Of a DNA stretch of 32,000 bases, positions 1 to 8,994 are shown in pieces. Below the pieces are notes generated by a model. It did no database searches. It had not been told where the DNA came from and worked only from the letters and a program-made list of their open reading frames with translations. The stretch's first letter is position 1. Each line of letters opens with the position of its first letter. The stretch comes from Nostoc punctiforme PCC 73102 (lineage in GTDB: Bacteria; Cyanobacteriota; Cyanobacteriia; Cyanobacteriales; Nostocaceae): assembly GCF_000020025.1 (NCBI RefSeq), contig NC_010628.1:1230001-1262000 (forward strand), written 5' to 3'. The translations under genes and the position numbers were made by a program.

Positions 1-445
<445 letters not shown>

Positions 446-1776
446 CTACAATGATTTAATTGATGGGTCGGAAGCTCGATATGAGATATTCACCCTTGGA
501 ACGTAGGGAAGTAGAGCCTGTTGGCGTTAACGTGTAGCAACTTGTCGCTAGACATTGCACCCCGACAAAAACAGTCAAAATCAGAATATATTTACCCACA
601 AAGCGATAGCTCAAGTGATAGAAAATCTCTATCTCCTAATAACGAAGTCTTTAAAACTTTGACTTCAGCATTGTCAGTTGTTGTAACAGAATTCCAAATG
701 GTTGCTCAAGCCTCAAGAGTGGTTGCAGCAGGAATTCAAACGAACGCAGATTTGTTCCCTGAACCACACAACCAACCAAATTGCAATCCACTCTAAATGG
801 TCACTGCAACTTTTTTGATTTTGCTGATGTCAAGTCGCCAAAAACTTCAATAGCGCTTATCATTTCGTGATTGATGCAGCAAGATAAATTTCAGCCTAAA
901 AGTGGTAGCTATAGGTGCAATACTATAATGTTTGCACATGCAATCTCTAACACTTTGGCTTAGACAATATCTAAGTGACTTTTGACAGTATGGTTATGGC
1001 ACCATTCTGCTTAGAGTTTTCATTGCAAAAGTCATCAACTGCTTCAACTTAGTTCGCGGTTGAAAATGTTTGCTCCCACAAAACTAAGTTTGTAAATATT
1101 CTGTATTTCTATGGATTTGTCAGGCTGTACTAAGAGTCTTTCTTCCCAGACTCCAAGAGTAATTGCCTGTGGCGGGTAATGTTCTAGCTAGGTTAGCCAA
1201 CTCTTATTGACTCATACCCAGATAAATTTTGATTGACTTCAAGTTGTTACAAAGGCTACTATCCTACTCAATCTAGTTTTAGATTTTTGTTACAAAAAGA
1301 TGTAGCGAATTGAAGTGGACTTACCAGAGCAAAAAAACTTTCTTGAGCTTGCCTCAAAATTATCTTGAAGTCTTTTTGTACTTTCACTCGTTTTGATTCC
1401 TATAAAAACCATAACATACATCTCACTAATTTATTTGCCGAATCTCAAATTATTTATTTACTGGATAGAAGATTATCCTTAGAATCTTTAATAGTCATAA
1501 GTTACACGCTCAAAGATTGCCAATTATTGAAATTGTTGTTCATAGTCAATATGTACAGTTAGATACTTTTGCTTATTTGATAAAAGTATTTAAAACTAAT
1601 GTTTTATAACGAAAAAATAATTTGTTATTTTTCACTTCAAAATTTTGTCATGAAAGTAGATTCAATTAAGGTAAAAGCTAATAAGCTTTTAAAGATTGGC
1701 TCTTGCATCTCGTTTCCAGTAGAGGCTGGAAACGAGGTTTTAAAGGGAGTTTTAGCTGAAGTTGATACCTGTGTAA

Positions 1777-2838
1777 TTAGCGCTTGTGATGATTTCGCAT
1801 GGCTTTATGAATCTTTTTCCAGCGTTCTTTCTCGGCTAGTTGCATCCTCTGGTCTTGTTTGCGTGTAAGGTAATCGAGTTCTTTTTGCAACTTTTGGTAG
1901 CTGAGAAACCTGGAATAATCAAGTTCTCCTTCAGCCAAAGCCTGCTGCACTCCACAACCGGGTTCGTTATTATGCTGACAATTGCGAAAATGGCATTTTT
2001 GCGCCAAGGTTTCTATATCTGTAAAAGTTTCTTGCAAACCTTCGTCACCTGCCCAAATTTGGATTTCCCGCATTCCTGGCGTATCAATAATTAATCCACC
2101 AGTAGAGAGCAAAATTAATTCACGATGAGTTGTTGTGTGTCTACCTCGGTCATCACCTCGCCGTACTGGTTATACCATTTGCACAGATGTGCCTTGTAGT
2201 TGGTTAGTGATGGTGGATTTACCAACACCAGAAGACCCCAACAAAGCAACTGTTTGTCCTGGTTGCAGGTAAGGTTTTAAAGCATCTAATCCTTGATGAT
2301 TGGTGGCACTTAAAACTACAATTGGTACACCCAAAGCAACTGCTTCTACTTGTGTTAAGTACTCTTCTAGAGAGTTGCACAAATCTGCTTTGTTTAACAC
2401 CACTACTGGATTTGCACCACTTTCCCAAGCCAGAATTAGATAACGTTCAACTCTTCTAGGGTTAAAATCGCCATCTAGCCCTGAGACTAAGAAAATTGTA
2501 TCAATATTAGCTGCAACAATTTGTTCTTCTGTTTTACTACCCACCGTCTTGCGGGAGAATTTGCTTTTCCTGGGTAAAATCTCGTTGATGGTGGCTCGTC
2601 TTTCAGATTCTCTTACACTAATAACAACCCAATCTCCCACTGCTGGAAAATCTTGTGGTTGGGAAGCCCGATGCCGCAATTTGCCTGCAACTTCTGCTGA
2701 AAGTTCTCCCTCTTCACTATAAAGGGTGTAAGTATTTCTGTATTCAATGGCAACCCTACCAACACTAAATCCTTGTAAGCGATAGGGTTTAAAGCTGCGA
2801 GCAAAAAAGTCACTCCAGCCTAAATAATCCAAATTCAT
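1777..2838 (-). pseudogene. rsgA: Ribosome small-subunit-dependent GTPase A (RsgA/YjeQ) interrupted by one in-frame TAA at 2170..2172
   Basis: Track ORFs 2170..2922 and 1777..2112 are in the same frame (2172-2112=60). The circularly permuted GTPase motif order is NKADL (G4), GSSGVGKST (G1), then after the stop [17 protein letters not shown] (G3) and the Zn finger [14 protein letters not shown]. Read-through of the gap gives [18 protein letters not shown]. The likely true start is ATG 2838..2836 (MNLDYLGW), preceded by GAGGA. Confidence 0.8.
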
Positions 2839-2944
2839 TGATGTTTCCTCGATGTGTACTACTTGTTTTGCACAAGGTTCCACAGAGGAGGACATTTCTA
2901 TGCAGGGAAGCCCCCAGCACAATAATGTCTGTAAATTCTAGTTT

Positions 2945-3043
2945 TCATTCCTGTAGTAAAGAGGAGTGAACAAGAATCTCTGCGCCTTGTGTCCGTTGGG
3001 TTGGGATGGTCACATTAACCCGGACTGCTAGCAACTCAGTCAT
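2945..3043 (-). CDS. Candidate 32-aa small protein (MTELLAVRVNVTIPTQRTQGAEILVHSSLLQE), unknown function
   Basis: A consensus Shine-Dalgarno AAGGAGG lies 7 nt upstream of the ATG at 3043..3041, on the same strand as rsgA and about 100 nt upstream of it. It is below the ORF-track size cutoff and I recognise no family. Confidence 0.25.
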   Translation of the reverse strand: MTELLAVRVNVTIPTQRTQGAEILVHSSLLQE

Positions 3044-3146
3044 AGTTCGTCCTCCTTATGTACTACAGTAAATAATCTACATTACTACATTAGCCTATTC
3101 CAGAAAATTCGTTTAATTGATTTCTGTTCGCGCAGTGCAAGCGCGA

Positions 3147-3232
3147 TAGGAAGGCAACAGGAAATAGGCAACAGTTAAAAAGCCTATTTGAGCTATACTG
3201 ATTTTTTCAAAAATCAAATATGAGTCCTATAT
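3147..3232 (+). repeat. Dispersed ~85-bp repeat, copy 1 (GGCAAYA heptamers followed by ...TTTGAGYTRTACTGA..TTTTTCARAAATCAAATATGAGTCCTATA)
   Basis: Near-identical 3' half to 30413..30497, with the last 21 nt identical. The heptamer part recurs inverted at about 31513..31535. Confidence 0.7.
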
Positions 3233-3271
3233 TAAGCTTGCTTTGCTCTTAACTCCTAACTTCTGTCTTTT

Positions 3272-3712
3272 TCAAATAGCTCTTTGTCGCACCTGTGGCC
3301 CATCAAGTCCTTGTTTAATCCAACTCAGGCATTCGTATTCGGATTTGAATAATTTTGGAGCGGCAATATTATTCAATAACTCTGGTGGATAATGGTCATA
3401 AAAGCATTTGTCTCCTTCTTGGAAGATAATAATCAAATGGTTACGGTAAATATAGCGAGACTTAAAATAATCTCTCTGGTTAACAAAGTCTGAATTTTGA
3501 TCGATATGTTCTTTTGCAATGTCAATGATGTTACTAACGCCATTTCCATATATTCCTGCTGGGTTTTCTGCTTTATGGAATTGGCTTCTGCGACCAATTT
3601 CACAAAGCAATTTATAAGAATAAATCTCGTAATTATAAACTTTCGCAAAAACGAATGGAATGATGAGATATCCTTTGTGTGAGACTGAACTTTCATAAAG
3701 AAGACGACTCAT
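3272..3712 (-). CDS. Hypothetical protein (146 aa from MSRLLYESS...)
   Basis: Open frame 3272..3742. The internal ATG at 3712..3710 is preceded by AAGGAGG, so I prefer that start. It sits in an AT-rich stretch and I recognise no domain. Confidence 0.5.
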   Translation of the reverse strand: MSRLLYESSVSHKGYLIIPFVFAKVYNYEIYSYKLLCEIGRRSQFHKAENPAGIYGNGVSNIIDIAKEHIDQNSDFVNQRDYFKSRYIYRNHLIIIFQEGDKCFYDHYPPELLNNIAAPKLFKSEYECLSWIKQGLDGPQVRQRAI

Positions 3713-3998
3713 CTTAACCTCCTTTGGCGTAACTGCTTTCAAAAAAATGCTTAAATTACATACTAAAAATCAATACTTTTCTTTTTAGATATATTTATGT
3801 ATCACCTAAAGCCTCATAATCATTTAACAAAAACGTTAATAGCCGTTTTTGTCAAGAATAAAGAAATATCAAGCATTAACAGAAAAGTACTGAAACACTA
3901 ATTATCGCTCTTTTTTTATCACTAAACATTAGATATATTATAAAAGTTATAAATTTCATTCTGTGGGACTATTTCCTTTGATCCTTACGCCTTGCCTT

Positions 3999-4913
3999 TC
4001 AAGACCATAAACTCAGTTGATTGGGTGGATGCTCAAGGTTATTCCAAGGTAAGGGTGGAACTGGTGTATCACTCTGTTCTAATAGCTGTTGGAAATGACG
4101 CGCTATGTTAGGCGATCGCGCTTCTATTGGACAATGAACAAAGAAATAAATTCGCACTCCCGCCTGTAACCATTGCTGAATCTGCCTTACCCACTCTTCC
4201 ATAAACGGCTGATTCACTGATAAATTTGGATGGGAAATAAACCGAATCAGAGTAAAAGGTGCTGTCACACTCAATTGCAACGGTAATTTAGGTTTACGTC
4301 GTTCTGATTGTAACTGGGGGTCATCATCTCCAGTGTAAATGGGGCGCGAGTCTAAAAGTACCCGTCCTACACCTAGCTTTTGTAAAAGCGCTGTCAAATT
4401 ACTAGCATGGGGTTCTCTGAACCAATCGGGATGACGAACTTCCAGGGCTAGGGGTGCATCTGTGCGCGGCCAAGCTTCCAGAAAGTTGGTCAAATCGTCA
4501 AACAATGCAGGTGCATAACTAGGTGGTAACTGGGCAAATATTGGGCCAAGATGCTTACCTAAAGGGCGCATCCCTTCCAGAAATTTTAAAGCCGCCGGAA
4601 TATAAGGTTGTAGCAACCCTTGATGGGTAATATCTCGCGGTAATTTTAGACAAAATTCAAAACCTGCTGGGGTTTCGGCAGCCCAACGGGTTACAGTTTC
4701 TTGATTAGGCACAGCATAAAAGGTGGTGTTACCTTCTACAGTGGTGAAGCGACGACTGTAGAGATGGAGAAAATCGGCGGTGCGAGTACCTTGGGGGTAA
4801 AGTTCGCCCACCCAACCTTTATATGCCCAAACAGCACAACCAATAAAAAAGTTCACAACGCCTAAAAGCCTTGATGTATCATATTCAATTTTACAGGTTG
4901 GTTGTAAATTCAT
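3999..4913 (-). CDS. DUF72 family protein (YecE-like)
   Basis: The N-terminal pattern IGCAVWAYKGWVGELYP...FLHLYSRRFTTVEGNTTFYAVP, and the overall length of about 300 aa, are typical of DUF72. Confidence 0.8.
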   Translation of the reverse strand: MNLQPTCKIEYDTSRLLGVVNFFIGCAVWAYKGWVGELYPQGTRTADFLHLYSRRFTTVEGNTTFYAVPNQETVTRWAAETPAGFEFCLKLPRDITHQGLLQPYIPAALKFLEGMRPLGKHLGPIFAQLPPSYAPALFDDLTNFLEAWPRTDAPLALEVRHPDWFREPHASNLTALLQKLGVGRVLLDSRPIYTGDDDPQLQSERRKPKLPLQLSVTAPFTLIRFISHPNLSVNQPFMEEWVRQIQQWLQAGVRIYFFVHCPIEARSPNIARHFQQLLEQSDTPVPPLPWNNLEHPPNQLSLWS

Positions 4914-4950
4914 GACTTTTCAAGGCATCTGGAAAACCTCTCTCTAAATT

Positions 4951-5164
4951 TCTCTCCTACAAGGCTACGGTGTACACACAAGTCGGAAATAGTAGTCTGT
5001 CAAGGAATAATTGACGAGTACATTCTTTGTAGAGACGGCGATTTATCGTGTCAGTCTTTTAGACGCGATAAATCGCGTCTCTACATGAGGGCTTTCTGGC
5101 TTATCCCAAGCGTATTGGGATAAAACTGGTGACTTGTGTGTACACCGTAGCCTAGAAGGAGAGA
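4951..5164. mobile_element. MITE-like element with ~34-bp terminal inverted repeats
   Basis: Left end TCTCTCCTACAAGGCTACGGTGTACACACAAGTC (4951..4984) versus the reverse complement of the right end (5131..5164). There is a 22-bp perfect core, GGCTACGGTGTACACACAAGTC. The interior holds the palindromic TAGAGACGCGATAAATCGCGTCTCTA-type motif that recurs at 6843..6870. There is no ORF. Confidence 0.7.
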
Positions 5165-5363
5165 GACTTTGAATTTTCCCCCTTCCCGCGTCGGTAAGGG
5201 GTTTAGTTTTTTGGTGGACTTTTCCACATAACGTGAAAAATCAGCCATAATTCAAGGTGCGTTACGCTCTGCTAACGCACCCTACAATTTAAAGTTCTGA
5301 ACATAGTTATAAATATCCGCACTTACCTACTTAAAACAGTCAAAAGCAGTAAGCTTTAAGTGC

Positions 5364-5460
5364 AAAAAAGGGCTTTGTTGGGTTGATGTAAGAAAACCTA
5401 ACATCGATACAGAGTGTTAGGTTCCGTGTTGCTCAAACCAACAAAGCCTTAGATTTTTTT
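5364..5460. terminator. Compound hairpin flanked by T-runs on both strands (bidirectional intrinsic terminator, serves 5498..6103)
   Basis: GGCTTTGTTGG (5371..5381) pairs with CCAACAAAGCC (5438..5448), with an inner stem CCTAACA/TGTTAGG. On the minus strand it is followed by TTTTTT (reverse complement of 5364..5369). On the plus strand TTTTTTT follows at 5454..5460. Confidence 0.7.
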
Positions 5461-5497
5461 AAAGCTAAAAGTTTGTGGCTCTCGGCTTTGAAAAGAC

Positions 5498-6103
5498 TTA
5501 ACGACACTGGCGATATTTGACGTGATAAACCAACCCTCGGTGGGCGAGGTCAAAAGAGTCAACAGTTGCCATACCTTGACCACTGGCGGTCATCGCAGCA
5601 TTTACCCGCATATTTACACTGTCGCCACAGCGTGACCAAACATCAGCTACAGTCACTAATTGATCGCGAACGTTGTAATCACTTTCGCCGTTAAATGTCC
5701 GAGAAAAAACAGGGCCACGCTGACCAGCAAAAAAGTACTCTGCTCTTAGTCTGCCAATTGTGCTAGGAGCAACATAGCCCCGATAATCAGCATCGTAGAG
5801 GGAAATTTGAAAGCCTTGGGGGACTTTGATCGGAATACTTAAGTTACAGTTTTTGCGTCTTTCTTCTGCTTTATTCCCTACAGCTATAAACTTATCAAAT
5901 AGAATACTTAGCTCTTGACCATCGGGGCTGACACTTACACTAGCAGATCCTTCAGGGCAGCCATTACCACCATATTCTGCACCTACAATTTCTACTTTGT
6001 CGTTAGCAAAAGCAGGGCCGACGGAAGCTGTTATCAGTGTAGCCGCAGCTAGAAAAGATTTGATAAAGTTGATAGATGTTGTCTTGAAATTTTGATTATT
6101 CAT
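5498..6103 (-). CDS. Secreted DUF4360-like protein
   Basis: Signal peptide (FLAAATLITASVGPAFA), then GGNGCPEGSASVSVSPDG...RRKNCNLSIPIKVPQGF...DADYRGY...YFFAGQ...SRCGD...YHVKYRQC. This matches my recollection of the conserved Cys/DYRG pattern of DUF4360 secreted proteins. Confidence 0.7.
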   Translation of the reverse strand: MNNQNFKTTSINFIKSFLAAATLITASVGPAFANDKVEIVGAEYGGNGCPEGSASVSVSPDGQELSILFDKFIAVGNKAEERRKNCNLSIPIKVPQGFQISLYDADYRGYVAPSTIGRLRAEYFFAGQRGPVFSRTFNGESDYNVRDQLVTVADVWSRCGDSVNMRVNAAMTASGQGMATVDSFDLAHRGLVYHVKYRQCR

Positions 6104-6892
6104 AACTCACCTGTTTTGAGTATTTGGATAGTGTTAGCTCCAAATTCGTTGCGGCTGATTCCGGAAACCCGATCGTTAAAAAAATCAGTATCAACCATAT
6201 TTAAATGGGAGGAGAAACCCATGTATAACTTATGGCAAACTGATAGATTCTTGATATATAAAGAATCTAAAACAAACTTATTTCCGGTGAAATAATCAAC
6301 ACATTAATAGGCCAAGTAGAAATTCGCGAACTAGACGAATCTGCTCAAAAAAGCCAAAATATAGACTATTTAAGCCATAATAGACATCTCAAAACTATCG
6401 AAAAGTTAGCTATCTAACTTACCGAAGCTACATCTGCATATTGAGATTTAAGTAACTAGAATTAAACTGAATTACTTGTAGAAGTATCTAAATTAAATTC
6501 AGTATTTTTATTTAGAGGAAATATGTAATTGATGTATGACTGCTGAATAAAAGTCAACAGCTTTCCTCACTAAATAAAATATTTAGCAATCTACAATTAG
6601 CGATATTTTTTCTCTAATTAATTCTAGTTTTTGACTTCTAACTTCTTAGTTAAACCTTGGATATTTAACCTGTACTTGCTTAATGACTAAAGATTTTATA
6701 TTGTGTTCCCGTAAAATTGACTAGGCGATCGCAATTAATGATTTAACCGCAAAGCAAGGACACAGCATTACTTACGCGTGTCAACTTAAGTACTTCTACT
6801 CATACGCTTAGGTAAGGGCTACTGGCAAAAATTTTGGGTTTTTGAGACGCGATAAATCGCCGTCTCTACAGGTGTTTTGGTCTTTTGTACTC

Positions 6893-6923
6893 AAAAAAAT
6901 TAGGTAGCACACCTGTGCTACCT
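6893..6923 (-). terminator. Intrinsic terminator downstream of the J-domain gene
   Basis: AGGTAGCACA (6902..6911) pairs with TGTGCTACCT (6914..6923). On the minus strand it is followed by a 7-T run (plus-strand A-run 6893..6899). Confidence 0.6.
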
Positions 6924-6949
6924 GACTCTGTGTCGTAGTGCAACATCGG

Positions 6950-7621
6950 TTATTGATAAATTTCCCCATCAGGCATAATTGCCCCAGCTAAGTTAGCACC
7001 AATTAATTTAACCAAGAGGCGCTCACCAGAACGAATCCGCGCTCCTGTTAAGTCGGCTCCTCGTAAGTCGGTTCCACTGAGATCCGCACCAATTAAATTA
7101 GCACCACGTAAATTCGCCTCCCTGAGATCCGCTAAAAGGAGGTTTGCCCGAAATAAATTTGCTTCAGATAAATTCGCCCCTCTAAGGTTGACTTTGTGCA
7201 TAAAAGTGTCGCTGAGATTAGCACCACTCAAGTTTGCATAACTTAGATTTCTGCCAGATAAGTCTTTGTTGCTCAAATTTGCCCGACTGTAGTCTTTGCC
7301 ACTCAAGTCTGAGTTTTGCTTCGGTGGTGGCTGGGTTTTTTGAGATGGTGTTTGCTGTTGATATGACGGTGAAGGTGAAGATGAAGGTGAAGGTGAATTA
7401 GATATAGTTTGATGTTTGGTTTTTAGAGAGCGCAATTTTTCACGAGCTTCATTTATGGCTTTCAGCTTATCTTGTGCTTTCTGCTGTAAACGGAGATTGT
7501 CTTTGGGAATGCGATCGGGATGCCAAACAAAGACTAAATCTTTGTAAGCCTGGTTCACTTCTTCAAGTGTTGCTCCAGGCTCTAATTCCAAAATTCTATA
7601 GTACCGCTCCAGATCGCTCAT
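6950..7621 (-). CDS. J-domain protein with C-terminal pentapeptide repeats
   Basis: N-terminal DnaJ signature YYRILELEPGATLEEVNQAYKDLVFVWHPDR (HPD motif), a Ser/Pro/Gln linker, then A(N/D)LxG-type pentapeptide repeats (ANLSGANLSD...ANLRGANLIGADLSGTDLRGADLTGA). Confidence 0.85.
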   Translation of the reverse strand: MSDLERYYRILELEPGATLEEVNQAYKDLVFVWHPDRIPKDNLRLQQKAQDKLKAINEAREKLRSLKTKHQTISNSPSPSSSPSPSYQQQTPSQKTQPPPKQNSDLSGKDYSRANLSNKDLSGRNLSYANLSGANLSDTFMHKVNLRGANLSEANLFRANLLLADLREANLRGANLIGADLSGTDLRGADLTGARIRSGERLLVKLIGANLAGAIMPDGEIYQ

Positions 7622-7703
7622 ACGATATTTTGGTGGACAATCAACTTAATTATCAGTGATGGAGCCATGTATTCGCTGCATCTTTTGCCACTCAGCTGCT
7701 TCC

Positions 7704-8198
7704 TCATCTCTCCATCCCCCGATTTCTCCATCGAGCGATCGCTCTTAAATATGCTGCAACTGGAATCTGATAAATTTCAATAACAATCCAAACAATAATT
7801 GATAAATGTGATAAAAAAGTCAATACTGTCCAAATATATGGTGTCCAGGTAATGGGTTCCTTGAGGTCAGCAGGAAAATAGTAAGCTACTATGCCAATTA
7901 AAGTAGTGGGAAGAATTACAAAAACTGCTGCCGCTAGTCCATAACCCCAACCTAACTCCACACCTTCTAACTGGCCTTCTGTCCAACTAAACCCATTCCA
8001 ACGCCAAGTTAATGGTGGTTGTCTAGAAGGCATCTTGATTTGCTGTATTTCTAAGTTGACTGTAAAAATCTCTTGACAAAAGTCACAAGCCATAGCTTCC
8101 ATCAATGGCATGTGAGAAATCTTACCTATTCGACAGACTGGGCAGGGGTAAACTCCATAATAGTCGAAAGATTGGGCTAAGATTTTGGAACTGGGCAT
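7704..8198 (-). CDS. Membrane protein with an N-terminal Cys4 zinc ribbon; conserved hypothetical
   Basis: CPVC...CDFC pairs, followed by two long hydrophobic segments. It lies 82 bp upstream of the J-domain gene on the same strand, so they are probably an operon. Confidence 0.6.
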   Translation of the reverse strand: MPSSKILAQSFDYYGVYPCPVCRIGKISHMPLMEAMACDFCQEIFTVNLEIQQIKMPSRQPPLTWRWNGFSWTEGQLEGVELGWGYGLAAAVFVILPTTLIGIVAYYFPADLKEPITWTPYIWTVLTFLSHLSIIVWIVIEIYQIPVAAYLRAIARWRNRGMER

Positions 8199-8362
8199 AA
8201 TGAAACTGATGATCCTAAAAAGTTAATCTGGTCAATGAGGGCTTGGGTCAGAATAATGTATGGCGATCGTCAATTGTCTGCAATCAGCTTTCGCAAGGTG
8301 AAATGATAAGTCAGAAGAATTACAGATGTTTTCTTTTGCATGAAGTACAAAGCTACGGGTTT

Positions 8363-8402
8363 GGAGGCAGGGGGCAGAGGGCAGGGGGCAGGGGACAGGA
8401 GA
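8363..8402. repeat. G-rich short tandem repeat (GCAGGGG-type heptamers)
   Basis: GGAGGCAGGGGGCAGAGGGCAGGGGGCAGGGGACAGGAG. The same repeat type occurs at 11667..11726, 13466..13530, 15788..15810 (reverse complement) and 17025..17050 (reverse complement). Confidence 0.8.
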
Positions 8403-8653
8403 TAGAAACTCTTTGTATCTGGTTTTGAGCCCTTTATTTTGTACCCCATTTAAAAAGCAAACTGGTGTATATGTTTTTAGGAGTTACGCATTCACAGGAA
8501 AGACCAAATATAGATTATTTGAAAAACTACATCTGTCTTAGGGGCAATTGATATAGATGTAAAGCGGCTTAAGGCAGGTTATTTCCCTAGAATGCGGGTC
8601 TTTACTCCTACGGTTGTACTGAGTCTATCGCTTTTTTGTGGTTTATTGGGGTC

Positions 8654-8682
8654 TTGACACTGCCTATTCTTCCTGTTAATGT
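8654..8682 (+). promoter_or_regulatory. Sigma-70-type promoter candidate for the aroF leader
   Basis: TTGACA (8654..8659), 17-nt spacer, TAATGT (8677..8682). This predicts a transcription start near 8689..8691, about 40 nt before leader ORF 1. Confidence 0.4.
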
Positions 8683-8730
8683 TAGCTTAAATAGGTATAT
8701 TTATTAAATTTTCCAGCAAAAGCCCCGCAA

Positions 8731-8787
8731 ATGCTTAAAACAAGTTCCTACTTTTATTTTTGGTTTAAGGTGGTTCACCGGGAGTGA
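8731..8787 (+). CDS. Leader peptide 1, MLKTSSYFYFWFKVVHRE (18 aa, six consecutive aromatic codons)
   Basis: ATG 8731, TGA 8785..8787. Codons 8749..8766 are TAC TTT TAT TTT TGG TTT. The 3' end of the ORF overlaps the 5' arm of an 11-bp stem (8772..8782 with 8811..8821), which abuts and overlaps terminator 1. Confidence 0.5.
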   Translation: MLKTSSYFYFWFKVVHRE

Positions 8788-8817
8788 ATGTAGTTTCCTA
8801 ATGGAAACCGCCCGGTG

Positions 8818-8844
8818 AACCGCAGAGCAAACTCTGCGGTTTTT
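8818..8844 (+). terminator. Intrinsic terminator 1 in the aroF leader
   Basis: AACCGCAGAG (8818..8827), loop CAAA, CTCTGCGGTT (8832..8841), with a T-run at 8840..8844. Its 5' arm shares 4 nt with the 3' arm of the upstream 11-bp stem. Confidence 0.65.
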
Positions 8845-8870
8845 GTTGTTTTAAGGAGAATTTCATCGTC

Positions 8871-8933
8871 ATGACTTATTTAAGTAGCTGGTTTTATGGC
8901 TTTTACTTTTGGCCCAGATTAAATTCCGGGTAA
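8871..8933 (+). CDS. Leader peptide 2, MTYLSSWFYGFYFWPRLNSG (20 aa, 8 aromatic residues)
   Basis: AAGGAG (8853..8858) lies 12 nt upstream of ATG 8871. Codons 8889..8912 are TGG TTT TAT GGC TTT TAC TTT TGG. Stop TAA is at 8931..8933, directly after TTCCGGG (8924..8930), which is complementary to the 5' arm of terminator 2. Confidence 0.6.
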   Translation: MTYLSSWFYGFYFWPRLNSG

Positions 8934-8961
8934 GTAGCGTCATGTCGATGAATCAGAACGC

Positions 8962-8994
8962 GCCCGGAACTCTTCAAAGGTTCCGGGCTTTTTT
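8962..8994 (+). terminator. Intrinsic terminator 2 in the aroF leader
   Basis: GCCCGGAAC (8962..8970), 9-nt loop, GTTCCGGGC (8980..8988), then TTTTTT (8989..8994). It lies 78 nt upstream of the aroF ATG. Confidence 0.75.

Noticed and set aside
1553-1566. Perfect NtcA-type palindrome GTA-N8-TAC (GTACAGTTAGATAC) upstream of nifH.
   Set aside because: A 6-specified-base pattern is expected several times by chance in 32 kb. In neither direction is there a properly spaced (about 22 nt) TAnnnT -10 box, and the site is more than 1.1 kb from the nifH ATG. It is worth a glance in TSS data but is not supportable from sequence alone.
521-1868. Track ORFs 521..796, 1365..1562 and 1599..1868 in the region upstream of nifH.
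   Set aside because: Arguing against them: a non-ATG (TTG) start for 521..796, low-complexity or AT-driven composition, no recognisable motifs, orientation opposite to both neighbours, and overlap of the last one with the rsgA 3' end. I treat the region as non-coding.
6159-6164. TCCGGA (the DIF-type heterocyst promoter motif) upstream of the DUF4360-like gene.
   Set aside because: It is a single hexamer with no suitably spaced -10 element on the minus strand, so it is easily a chance occurrence.
8243-8428. Track ORF encoding ...GGRGQRAGGRGQE...
   Set aside because: The Gly/Arg-rich stretch of the translation comes from the G-rich heptamer repeat, and there is no other coding evidence.
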